In this document: piece after piece, positions 24,482 through 36,446 of the stretch
Layout of the letters: every line of letters starts with the position of its first letter
Numbering within the stretch: the stretch's first letter is position 1
From: Antedon mediterranea
Lineage: Eukaryota > Animalia > Echinodermata
Assembly (NCBI RefSeq): GCF_964355755.1
Contig: NC_092673.1
Location: 30,129,648 to 30,193,647, forward strand
Length of the DNA: 64,000 nucleotides
Direction: 5' to 3'
Program-made: the position numbers and the translations under genes
The notes under the pieces: generated by a model
The model's database searches: none
Seen by the model: only the letters and a program-made list of their open reading frames with translations
What the model was told of the DNA's origin: nothing

Positions 24482-27400
24482 GTAAGTTACTTTTTCATTC
24501 ACAAATTGGTAACCTTGGGTCCGTTCGGGCTTGGTTATTTACTGGGGAATGTTGGTAACCTACACACTAAACTAAGTGATCATTTCCAATGTAACTAATC
24601 TATTGGGTAAATAAGTTTTTTACGGCCTGTATAAAATATAACAGCAAATTGATTTAAGATAATCTAATCATATTAGAATTTACAGAAGATACATAAATAA
24701 AACAGTAAAAAGTAAATAAATGAGGTAGAAGTACTTAATGTTGAAAAATGAAAGTACTTACATAAAACTATAAGAAAACTTATATAAGATAACACATTAC
24801 AAAATATCTATAAATTGACTAATACAAATAAAATGGTTTTACTTTACAACAAAATAAGGACTAGTATTCTCGTATTTTCCTGGTTTGCATTTTCGTTCTA
24901 ATATAGTAGTATTTTATTTTATTATGGTCATGATTATGCTATCAAAAAGAATGAAATATTCTATGATAGAATTCTTCTTTACCTGACTCAAAAAAGTATT
25001 ACTTACCGATACAAAATACAAAAGCGTTTTAATTTTCAAAGATTGAAATGAAAAGTTTGTGCGGCAAATTTTCGGATCGAACGTCAATATCATCATTGTT
25101 AATTCGTGTTACTGCAGTGTGCCACGCCAATAAGCTATTCTCTCCACTCCTTCCAGATCGCGTGCCATCTTCGGAAGTCATTTATTGACGTCATATTACG
25201 CTTGCGAATTTATAACTTGGTTTATTTTAAAATTGATTACTGTTTACCACTGTCCAATTGTACTATCTTTGTCAGAACCAAATGTAAGACTAGCCGACGG
25301 GCCGAATGATCTGGAAGGCAGAGTTGAGGTTAAAATAAACGACAGATGGGGAACAGTATGCGATGATTTTTGGACAACCGAAAGCAGCGACGTTGTTTGT
25401 CGTCAACTTGGTTATCCAATGTCAATTATATTTCGACCCGGAAGTGAAAACCGTGCGGGTCGCGGTAAGATTCTTTTGGATGATGTGAAGTGTACGGGCG
25501 ACGAGCGCTTTGTGACGTCATGTCCACAAGCAGAGATTGACACAAGTGACTGTGAACATAAAGAGGATATCTGGATAAAGTGTTCAAATGGTAAGTGTTT
25601 TTCGATTTCTTTGTAGTTTCATTTACCGGTAATCAGCATAGGAACTGATGCAGACTATAAGTTTTCCCGCTTATTATTCCAATCGTATCATTTATAACCA
25701 TAGACCAAACCACCAAAAACGTGAAAAATAATAAAGTGTGTATCATTAAACTGAACCTTTCGGTTCTTTTACCGTGATTTTCGCCACATCCATATCGATT
25801 TACTTAAGGAAATAGTACTTTTGTCATAGTTCATAGGTAAAATTATTTAAGTATTTATTCAGCATTTTTGTTTCTACAGATTCATAGCCAATTTATATCA
25901 TAATTACTGATGTTAAACTTTGTCAGATTTACAATAGAGATATCAATATACATACATATCTATGTCTTGACATTTTTTATTTCAGAAACCAAGCGAAATG
26001 CTGTCATTCCAAAATGGTTTACGTCTACTAGGCCTACCGAGTATGTAACTAATATTTCTATATTTTAAAAAAAAGCACCTACTCTCTCTAACAACCGCTT
26101 GTTTATATAAAATATGTAAACCTAAAATGCAGTTAATCATAAATCGACTTGTAAAAGAGAGATTTTCTTTCTTACGAATACAAGTTAAGATGTTCGGAGA
26201 ATTGACATTGGCCTACATTACTACTGTGTAAATATTTCTATTATAAATATTTATAATGCCACGTACGTAGGCCTATAAAGGCCTACTATATTTTTGGATT
26301 ATATAGTATTATTTATTACATGACTGATTGCTTATTTTGTTTTAGATGTCACGACTGGGACTCGGTATGTGCAAATGGTAACTGTTATTCAGTCTGCGGT
26401 GATAAGAGTTTTCTTCAGGAGATTGACTCGGAAAACAATAGGCTTCGTGTCTTAACAATACACTCGGATTTAGGTTCTTTAGACAAATATATCCCCGAAG
26501 GTTATGGGGATGTCACCGAGATGCAGATATTTTCACAAAACGCTGTGTTGAAACAAAACCTACAGCTAGAATTTAACCTCCGGGTGGTAACACGACGTCT
26601 CCAGTTAAGAGACACGGATATCTTAACTTATAACTCCGTCAGCAGATGTTATACCTTTAAAATTGTAGATCATAATGGTGTGCTCTATCACGTGTTTAAT
26701 GGCAGGCGTCATGGATTTTCCGTAGATATTTATGCTGAAACCATTGATATTCCAGACACTACTTGTTTACACCTATATAAATCGTTACCAGGAAGTTTTC
26801 CAATTATACCCGAAGAATATATATCGTTGTCAGCTACATGTGCTGGAGTTCAAACGCTATCATTAGTCGATTCTTCAAAAAATGAGAAGTGTGAAAAGGG
26901 TGTTATTCTTGATACAATCGAGTCCGTTATCAACATGCAACCATCTCGAGAAATATTGGAATGGGTGATTAATATCAGGACCAAGGTGCTTAGAGGAAAC
27001 AGCGGAGTCAGATTCGTTCCAAGTCTGTCACACAATAGCTATGAAACAATACTAGAAACATACCAAAATGATCTTGAAATCTTATCAAATGGCCTACAAC
27101 GTTTTAAGGACAAAGACACGGATTTCTTTGAGAAACTAGAAATATTAGAGTTGTTTAGAGCAAATGCTGAGGATGTACTTGAAGCAAGAGAATTGGAGTA
27201 TGCCAATGGACAGACACAAATTGAAATATCGAGGCAGACCATAATACTTCTACAGGAAGAGTTTGATGAACTTCTACCACAACTGGAAGATGTAAGAGAA
27301 AAGTTTGAAGACGATGTCAAGAAGTATACAATTAGGCATTCTTTTAAAGCCTTCTTCACTTTGGTAGAAGGTATTGCGTCAGTTTTTTCAGTAGGTGGAG

Positions 27401-29144
27401 GTGAAGAGAAACTGAGTCCTGGAGATGTCGGACAAATCTTTACCGGGATCACTGATATCTATACACAACTTGTAGATTTAGAGGTACTTATTATTGGTAT
27501 AAGTGGATTATTTGAAACAATTGATGACGTCGGTTCGTATATCGAGGATAATTCTAATCCATCCTCAGATGAACTTGAAAAGTATATGACATCAATGAGG
27601 GACTTTGCAGATTTAAAATTGTCAGCATTGGCATGGCAATCGTTAGAAAACACAGCAGATGGACTTCTTAGCATTGGGACCGTTACTGAAATTCCTTCAG
27701 CTGGTGAATATCGACAGATTGTATCAGATGTTGCTGACTATGGGCGTGCCATCACTGAGGAAATGATTAGACATACGCAACTACTACTTCAAAGTGTTGA
27801 AGACAGGCAGTGGCTACTTGTCAGCGAAAACGAGGTGAATCGTCTGGAGATTGTTATTGAAGATACTGACTTCGAACAACTTCAACATGGACTGTTATAC
27901 TCTGAGCTTGATTTACAAACGTATTATCTTGTCTACACCATAAAGGATACAGTCAACACGTTTTGCAAGTCAAAGTTTTACTACCAATTTGTTGAATGTG
28001 ATCGTGCAAGTCTTCCAGATATGTCTGATTCTTTGCGTTTAGTTCGCCAGAAGATCGGCTCCTTGATAAGAAGTCAAATCAAAGGGTTGACACAATTTGT
28101 AGATGGTCATATACAACCAATATTTATTACGAAAACAGTAAAAGATAAAAAATCTTGCGGAAAAAGGAGCAAATATGCAAATATTGACGATTGTCCCATA
28201 CTATCTCTCAAACGAAAAAATAATTTATACTTCAACATAGATTTGAACAGCACAGAATTTCTTGATCTTTCTCGTGTTAGAATTGAAAAAGTTAGAGTTT
28301 ATCTAGGGGGAGAGCTTAGTGAACAAGAAGAAGAAGAGGAAGAGGAGGAGGAGGAGGAGGAGGAAGAAGAAGAGGAGGAAGGGAAACCTAAGAAGAAAAG
28401 AAAAGGCAGATCTTCTGGTAAAAAAAAGAAAGGAAAGGGTGGTGATAAGAGTGGTGGTGGTGGTAAGGGCAGTGGCGGTAATGGTGGTGGCGGTAATGGT
28501 GGTGGAGGCAACGGTGGTGGCGGTAATGGTGGTGGCGGTAATGGTGATGGAGGCAACGGTGGTGGCGGTAATGGTGGTGGAGGAAACGGTGGTGGCGGTA
28601 AAAATGGTGGTGGCGGCAACAGGGGTGGAGGTATAATCGAAGAAGAAGAGAGAGGTCCCAAAGTAAGATTGAACATTCATACTTCAGGAGTATTTTTTGA
28701 TCGACGTGGTATACGCAATTACGAGTTCACCGGTGTCCAAGTAAACAAGAGGTTTGAATATCGGATTGGACAAGAAGGTGAGTACGAAACCAGTAGTGAC
28801 GTCACAAAAACGTCTGTAAATGACAATTTGACAACATAAAAAACATAGTGGTTAAGTTAACTATTCAAATAAATGCACATCTGACCTCTAAAAGGAATCC
28901 TTAATTGTAGTCACCAACAAACATTTTATTTATCTTTTACTGACAATTCTAAATGAATTTTTTTTCAGAATCCCCAATACTGGATGGTGATATATACAGC
29001 AATGAAGCCGACTTATATGTCAACACAACTCCATTCACAACTTGGTCAATTCGTGTTCCCGTCCAAGACAATCGAAAATTGCATTTGGAGGGGCTTACTA
29101 TTATCAAAGTGCTCTTCTATGGATCAGCAATAGTTGAATATTAA
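19898..29144 (+). CDS. Chimeric C-type lectin - SRCR - putative pore-forming/Tc-toxin-like protein, isoform or gene 1 (about 1137 aa plus an unidentified first exon)
   Basis: Exons 19898-20060, 20475-20596, 24332-24481 (CTLD), 25276-25590 (SRCR), 25986-26040 (linker), 26346-28777, 28969-29144. All junctions are GT-AG with matching phases; the total is 3413 nt plus 1 nt from an upstream exon, ending at TAA 29142-29144. Confidence 0.8.
20721..23727 (+). mobile_element. Non-autonomous Helitron/Helentron-type element (outer)
   Basis: 5' palindrome GGTTATATGCAT-GAT-ATGCATATAACC; 3' end repeats ATGCATATAACC, then hairpin AATTCGTCA-TAG-TGACGAATT and CTAG; T-rich flanks. Confidence 0.7.
20791..22369 (+). 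mobile_element. Non-autonomous Helitron/Helentron-type element nested in the previous one
   Basis: 5' palindrome AGTTATCCGCT-TAGT-AGCGGATAACT; 3' end AGCGGATAACT, hairpin AACTCGTCA-AAG-TGACGAGTT, then CTAG; inserted in a (TTTA)n tract. Confidence 0.75.
23872..24100 (-). mobile_element. tRNA-derived SINE, copy 2 (inverted relative to 19252-19478)
   Basis: Reverse complement matches copy 1 over about 230 bp. Confidence 0.7.
25276..25590 (+). CDS. SRCR domain exon, copy 1 (6 cysteines)
   Basis: VRLADG...EGRVEV...WGTVCDD.W.....VVCRQLGY...ILLDDVKCTG.E.....C......C.H.ED..I.CS; 315-nt phase 1-1 exon. Confidence 0.95.
26346..28777 (+). CDS. Large single exon: long helical domain with hydrophobic hairpin and beta-rich C-terminus (TcA C-terminal/PtIP-83-like putative toxin), copy 1
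   Basis: ORF 26320..28839; motifs RFVPSLS..Y, KF..DV..Y....SFKAFFTLVEGIASVFSVGGG, EFLDLSRVRIEKVRVYL and IHTSGVFFDRR; continues into terminal exon 28969-29144 (TPFTTWSIRV...LEGLTIIKVLFYGS). The exon is secure; the product is inferred. Confidence 0.7.
28322..28632 (+). repeat. Coding low-complexity insertion: poly-Glu, Lys-rich stretch, then (NGGGG)n
   Basis: In-frame GAA/GAG and GGT/GGC repeats inside ORF 26320..28839. Confidence 0.9.
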
Positions 29145-29692
29145 AGATGTATTGTCCCTTTGACCAATAAAAAAAAAATTTTTTTTTAAATATTTCGAAA
29201 AAAAGTGGGTCATTTTGAAGTATCATTAATAGTTATTAACTTTCACCCAAAATTAGTAAAAAAAAAATAATTTAACCGAAATACAGACATTTTTTTGTTC
29301 AAAAAATAACTTTGACTTCCCGTCAAAGTTTTCGATCAAAACATATCTCATAATGCAAGGCGCTTGTTTGGCTACTCTGTATGCATAATCATAAAACTTC
29401 CTCGCGATCTGTGTGAAAACACCTTCTCAACCGCGACGAGTTGTAAACAATCCTAATTAGCATCATGTATAATGCATACTCGTGGTTTGAAATCTTTGTT
29501 TACTTTTGCTTGTGATGATTTTCCAGACGAAATGTAATCAAGTTAATTTAGCCTACCTGTTAATTACGTAAACTTGTTTTTGGCTCGAATTTTAGACTTA
29601 AAGTGAATACCTTTAATATTACTTTAATATGGCCAATTTAAATTTAGAATATTTTTTTTTTCATTTTTTGTGTTTCAAGGGACAATACATCT
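29145..29692. mobile_element. Non-autonomous DNA transposon with TTAA target duplication (Kolobok-like)
   Basis: TTAA|AGATGTATTGTCCCTT...AAGGGACAATACATCT|TTAA: perfect terminal inverted repeats and TTAA duplication. Confidence 0.85.
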
Positions 29693-30439
29693 TTAATATT
29701 CACCAGACATATTTATAAATACACAGACAAGTTGGTAATAACAATGATCTTAGTGTAGACATTTTAATACGCTTGAATTAATCAATTACATATTTAGTGA
29801 ATCGCTAATGTATTTTTTATTTTAATTATTAAAGTATTGGAAGCTTTTATTGAATCGATGGAAAAACAGAAATAAATGAATAATTTTCTATTTCATATCA
29901 AAATCCTATAGCAATATTATACCACATGTTATTTTATTTATGGTAACAATTTGTTTTAATTAATGAACTATAGCTTTTTCTTCTTTTTATAGTTTACATA
30001 ATAACTTGACCTGTTTTAAAATGTACCATTTTTACTGTTTTAAAATACTATTTTGCTATCAACATTTTTCAAAAATATTTGTAATGTTTCTTATTCATTA
30101 AGGCGTTTGCTTTATAATAAATTGAATAATGATGAATGAAATGTGATTTGTATTGTTATTAAAATTCTGTCAAATACATAATTTGTTATTAAATACACTT
30201 ATTAAGATTTAAAATTATAGCAGACTATACAATAATTAACTAAGAGCCAGAGAAAACAACTTTATGCAAAGTAAGTATATGTACACAACTTATAAAAAGA
30301 AAAGAATTCTTCTAAAAGTGATGGATTGTTTGAATTAACACTGTGGACAGTTTGAATAAACACTGCAATTGAATTTAACTAATTATTAATATATGTAGGC
30401 CTACTCATTTATTGAGTTAATCTTCTTGTATTTTATCAG

Positions 30440-33400
30440 AACCAAATGTAAGACTTGCTGATGGTCCGAATGATCTCGAAGGAAGAGTTGAAGTTAAGAT
30501 AAACGACAGATGGGGAACAGTATGCGATGATTTTTGGACAACCGAAAGCAGCGATGTTGTTTGTCGACAACTTGGTTATCCAATGTCTATTATATTTCGA
30601 CCCGGAAGTGAAAACCGTGCAGGTCGCGGTAAGATTTTCTTGGATGATGTGAGGTGCACTGGTAAGGAGCGCTTTGTGACGTCATGTCCACAAGCAGAGT
30701 TTGACACAAGTGACTGTAAACATAAAGAGGATATCTGGATAAAGTGTTCAAACGGTAATTTTCTTCAACATTATATATATTCAAATTTATTAACATTCAC
30801 CTTAACATCAAGGTATGATTAACAACAACATTTACAAAAATAAACAAAGATATAAAAGAAAAAGCAATAATAAAAGCATTCAATGAGCCTGTATGTTGCA
30901 TAAAGGTCGCTCAGTATCAGGTGGAGGCCTGAATAATCGAGTGCCTTTCAAACGCCGAACATACATACTTCATCACTGGCTTGATGATATCGGGATCATT
31001 TGTATGTATACCATTTAGTTCATTCAGAAACAAATATTTATATCTGTCTATATACAAAATTAAACATATTAAATACATAAATAGACATCATTTTATAAGA
31101 TTGTCAAAACAACTGCTGTTGTATTAACTCGTTTCAGAAACGCAACGGGAGAATTTTATTCCAAAATGGTTTACAGAAACGAAAAGGTACGTAAACTTTG
31201 TTTTTATCAATTGGATAATGGTATAATAAATGAAATCGGAATTGGAAGGATTGCCTACTATTATTGTTAGAATAACATATCTTTATAGAGCCATTAAAGA
31301 TACTTTTCTTTTAATAATACCAAACAAGTACAAAATATGCACGTTTGGACTGTACTGTACTGTTTGAATGTATAATGATGATAAGCATACATATTTTTAT
31401 ATTTGATAGTTGTGTTCTAATATTGCGTTTATGTTTATTTACAGTTGTAATGACTGGGATCAGGTTTGTGATGGTAACTGTTATTCAATCTGCGGAGATA
31501 AAGGATTTGTCCAAGAAATTGATTCAAACTTAAACAACGTTCGCGTCTTATCCATTCATACGGACCTTAGTTCTCTCGACAAATACATTCCAGAGGGATA
31601 TGGAGATGTCAACGAATTGCATGTCTTCTCTCAAAACGTTGTTCTGAATAAAAACTTAAGACCGAACTTTGACCTTCGCGTTGTGACACGACGTCTCCAG
31701 TTAAGAAACACTGACATTCTTGATTATAACCCCGTATCTAGATGTTATCAAGTTTCGTTTCTAAATCATGACGGTGTTCTTTATCACGTGTTTAATGTCA
31801 GACGAATGGGAGTTTCTGTAGATATTTTTGCTGAAACCATTGACCTTCCTTACAGTACCTGCTTACACTTGTCAAAATCGGTATCAAAACGTTTCCCTGA
31901 CATCCCAGTACAATACATAACATTATCAGCTACATGTACCGGAGTTCATTCGCTATCTTTATCTTTTTCTAAAAACGAGAAGTGTGACAAGCGTGTCATT
32001 CTTGATACAATTTCATCAATAATTAATATGCAGCCGTCTAGAGAAATATTGGAATGGGTGATTAATATCAGGACTAAGGTGCTTAGAGGAAACAGTGGAG
32101 TCAGATTCGTTCCAAGTCTGTCACACAATAGCTATGAAACAATACTAGAAACATACCAAAATGATCTTGAAATCTTATCAAATGGCCTACAACGTTTTAA
32201 GGACAAAGACACGGACTACTTTGAGAAATTAGAAATATTAGAGCTGTTTAGAGCAAATGCTGAGGATGTACTTGAAGCAAGAGAATTGGAGTATGCCAAT
32301 GGACAGACACAAATTGAAATATCAAGGCAGACTATACAGTTACTGCAGAACGAGTTTGAAGAACTTCAACCAAAACTAAACAAAGTCAGAAGAAAGTTTG
32401 CATCAGATGCAAGACAATACGCAATCCGAAAATCATTTAAAACATTTTTTAATTTTGTAGAAGGAATTGCAAATGTCTTTGCTTCAGGAGACGTATCAAT
32501 TACAGATTTTGGGAGTCCTCTGTTAGCAGCATACGGAGACATTTCTTTACTGATGAAAGAGATGACTCAAATATTAACGATATTGAAGAAAGTGAATTCG
32601 TATATTGATGGTAACTCGCAGCTATCGTCTTCTGAACTTGATTCGTACATGACATCCATACGTACTTTTGCAGGTTTAAAATTGTCAGCTTTGGCATGGC
32701 AGTCATTGGAAAATACAGCAGATGGACTTCTGAGTGTTGGCACTGTTACAAAAATTATTTCAGCTGGGGAATATCGACAGATTGTATCAGATGTTGCTGA
32801 CTATGGGCGTGCCATCACTGAGGAAATGATTAGACATACGCAACTACTACTTCAAAGTGTTGAAGACAGGCAGTGGCTACTTGTCAGCGAAAACGTGGTG
32901 AATCGTCTGGAGATTGTTATTGAAGATACTGACTTAGAACAACTAAACCATGGACTGTTATACTCTGAGCTTGATTTACAAACGTATTATCTTATCTACA
33001 CTATAAAGGAAACAGTCAACACGTTTTGCAAGTCCAAGTTTTATTACCAATTTGTTGAATGCGATCCCGCAAGTCTTCCAGACATGTCCGATTCATTGCG
33101 TTTAGTTCGCCAGAAGATCGGATCCTTGCTAAGAAGTCAAATAAGAGGCCTGACACAGTTTGTAGATGGTCATATACAACCCATATTTATAACAAAAAGA
33201 ATACGAGATAAACGAAGCTGTGCTAGACGGGGGAAATATGCTAATATCGATGACTGTCCTATACGTTCCCTTAAAGAAAAAAATAATGTATATTTTAACA
33301 TTGATATGAATAGTACGGAGTTCCTTGATCTTTACCGTGTTAGAATCGACAAGATTAGAGTGTATTTGCAAGGTTATTTCGGTCAAAACGAAGAAGTGCA

Positions 33401-33980
33401 TGGTTCCGAAGAGAAAAACAGGCGCGAGGGGCGTGAGGCAGAAGGTGGTCGAAGAATTATTGAAGAAGAATTGAGTACTAAAGTTAGGTTAAACATTCAT
33501 ACTACAGGTGTCTTCTACGACCGACATGGAATTCGGAATTATGAGTTTACAGGGGTTCAGGTTAACAAGAAGTTTGAATATTTTATTGGTCAGGAAGGTG
33601 CGTACTTTTTTTATTGTTTGAATTATGATTTCAATTATCATTATTATTATGCTAAATAATATGTTAAGCGTTGATTTACTGTATTTAATGATGTACTCTC
33701 TGTCAATACGTTACTTTGCTAGGCAATTTTTCCATAAATTTTATAAACTATTGCTGTATGTCGATGTGAACATGTTGTTGTTCTATTGTATTTATATTTT
33801 TCAGACACTCCAATACTAGATGGTGATATATACAGCGACGATGCCGCATCGTATGTCAACACGACTCCGTTCACGACTTGGTGCATTCGTGTTCCCCCCA
33901 AAAAGAATAGAAAATTGAACCTTAACGGCCTAACCAGTATCCAAGTACATTTCTATGGCTCAGCTGTAATTGCATACTGA
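30440..33980 (+). CDS. Second SRCR - linker - toxin-like cassette (paralog or alternative 3' exon set)
   Basis: Exons 30440-30754 (SRCR), 31138-31186, 31445-33597 (ORF 31410..33659) and 33805-33980. Phases are the same as cassette 1 and the frame is intact to TGA. No lectin or start exon of its own was found between 29.1 and 30.4 kb. Confidence 0.8.
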
Positions 33981-35304
33981 CAAGCCTACACATTCAACTA
34001 CCTCATTGTGCTTGAGCTAAGGGCTTAGCATTTGAAATCTAAGCCATCAAACATTCTTATAACAACAATGTACTTGATGTACCTAATTAATTATTAGCTA
34101 GGCCTACTTACCCCATTTTGTAGCATCGTTTGAAATGCTGCCTCTGCGCGCGTTCAAGTTCGAGTAATATAACAGCATTACAGTTACAGCATTTAATCTA
34201 GGCGGTAACAAAAACAGCGCGATATCATTAACCTGATTGGATTAAATTGACCTCGATTAATTGAGAATGCGCAGTAGATTTACGAAGTAGTATAGAAAAC
34301 ACTAGACAACAGATAACAACCATATCTGAAATATTATACAGTTTAAATACTTACTCCCTTTAAAATTAGTGATTAAGATATAATTATGTAGATATAGATA
34401 TTATTAGATGGCTATTTTGATATTTAAACAATATAACAATAATACTAGCCTTACAAAATAGGGTTGGTTGTTTTACAATGTTTACTAACTCACACTAATA
34501 TGTTTCACATTGTTTTTGCATTATTCTAACTTAAATATTTATTTAATTTTCTTTATTATGTTAATAAAATATTGTTTAATATTATTGGTTGTTGATGAGC
34601 ATTGTAATAATGACGACGAGTATTATTTCGTTTTAGTTTACAGAAAGGAAATCAACATTTGTACGCGCGCGTTCACCAACGAAAGTTTCTTTCACCATTA
34701 GGCCTATGCTACATTCTTTCTTGCAAAGAGACAATTCAGTCTAGTATATCTACTTTTAATGATCTAAATTTCGTACCTCGACAAATCGAACAACCAATTT
34801 ACTAAATGATATCGTATAAATAAATAACTATAAATATCAAATCTGAGACCAGCTCTGAATGGTTAGTTACCCGAATTAAAATCAAGGCCTAATCAAATAA
34901 TGTAAATAATGACTACTTTTTTAGTTGATATTTCTAATACATATTTTGAAGAATCATAAATGTAACATCAAATTTTAGACCTAATTTTAAAGCAAAATGT
35001 GTATTGAAGTCTAGCAAGACCGATAGTTCATTTTTTATTTAAAAAACTTCAATAGATCATGTTGCATTTTATAATAATTTATTCAACATGACGTTTATGT
35101 AATAATTACGTTAAAGAAAAATTGTTAAAATAAACAGATTCAATAGAGCCTGAACCTACCCCTCTAAACCAAAAATTACACGGCCAATATTTTTTGGCGG
35201 CGTAATCACTGGTTATACCCGTAAGGCGATTGGCGTCAAAGCAATGAAACGATCGTCCAACCAAACGCATGATTAGACTACTACCAGGCCCACAGCATAA
35301 TACT

Positions 35305-35452
35305 GACCCGATCGTTCGAAATTACGATCGTTCGAGATCCCGATCTTTTGAGGTCCTGATCGTTTGAAATCCCGATAGTTCAAGATCCCGATAGTTTAAG
35401 GTCCCGATCGTTTGAAGTCCCGGTCATTCGAGGTCCTGATCGTTCGAGATCG
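35305..35452. repeat. Degenerate short tandem repeat ((G)TCCCGATCGTTCGA-like)
   Basis: About 9 imperfect units visible; probably subterminal repeats of a decayed transposon. Confidence 0.6.
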
Positions 35453-36284
35453 TGATACGGTCTATTCCTCCTCAATTGTTGTTCTTTACACCCTCTAGTA
35501 AACAACAAATTATAATATAATGTAATACTTAAAAAGTGAAAGTCACAAATGCCAATTTTTCGTTCAGCAGAATTTGAACAAATGCCGGAAAATATTAATA
35601 GGTGATTTTTCAGTGCTTATTTATATATATTACTTACAATTTGACTTTTTAAGTAAAGCAAATACCAACGTCTGGAAGCGCTGCTCTTTGCATTGCATTT
35701 TTCAAGTTATCTTTCGTAAATAAAGATTTAAATAAAACGTTATATATTTTATTGTTTTAGACTACAATAGAGTGGGGAGAATGCTCTTTATAATGAGTTG
35801 TTTATAGGCTACAATTATTTGTTTGTAAAGGCCACTCTCTTAACATTCGCTGAAGATCATTACTATTATCCAGGCAATAATAGAAGCTTTTATATTCTAG
35901 TAATGGTTGCTTCTTCAAATCTATACGCAGCAGTATAAACTACGCATGCGCACAATATATTAACGGCATTCAGGTTTAGTGGTTGTCATTGTTGGCAAAG
36001 AAACGGGGTTTTAAGTACGCAGTAGGCCTACAATTTAGCATAGATAATTCCATTATAATATATTTGCTTTACTTTAATAACAGTAAAATAATGTTAAATA
36101 GGGTATCACTCCACAATAAAATTACCACTGTTCTTACAAAATGATTAATATGTAATGTCACGGCTCGACACTAGGCTCGACACTAGGCTCGGCACTAGGC
36201 TCGGCACTAGCCTGGTGTAACGAAACGAAATTTGTACACATGTTCAGAAATATGGGCCTCTCAACATGCTCACAATGTTCATTA

Positions 36285-36446
36285 ATCTCTGTACACACTA
36301 TCAAACTAGATTGACAAAAAAGTGTGATGTACCCAAATATGGTAGTGATATGCTCAAATATGGTAGTGATATGACATCATCATGTCCATATAGGGGCACA
36401 TCATACTTTGTTTGTCACAAGTTTGATAGTGAGTAGACAACGCTTT
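36285..36446. mobile_element. MITE family B (TIR approximately CTCTGTCTACACTATCAAACT)
   Basis: Inverted termini TACACACTATCAAACT...AGTTTGATAGTGAGTAGA; related copies at 38437-38601 and partial ones at 19690-19800, 15560-15710 and 61160-61300. Confidence 0.7.

Noticed and set aside
28299-28680. Pro-rich, Thr-rich and Val-rich alternative-frame ORFs
   Set aside because: Shadow frames of the Glu/Gly repeat inside the real exon.
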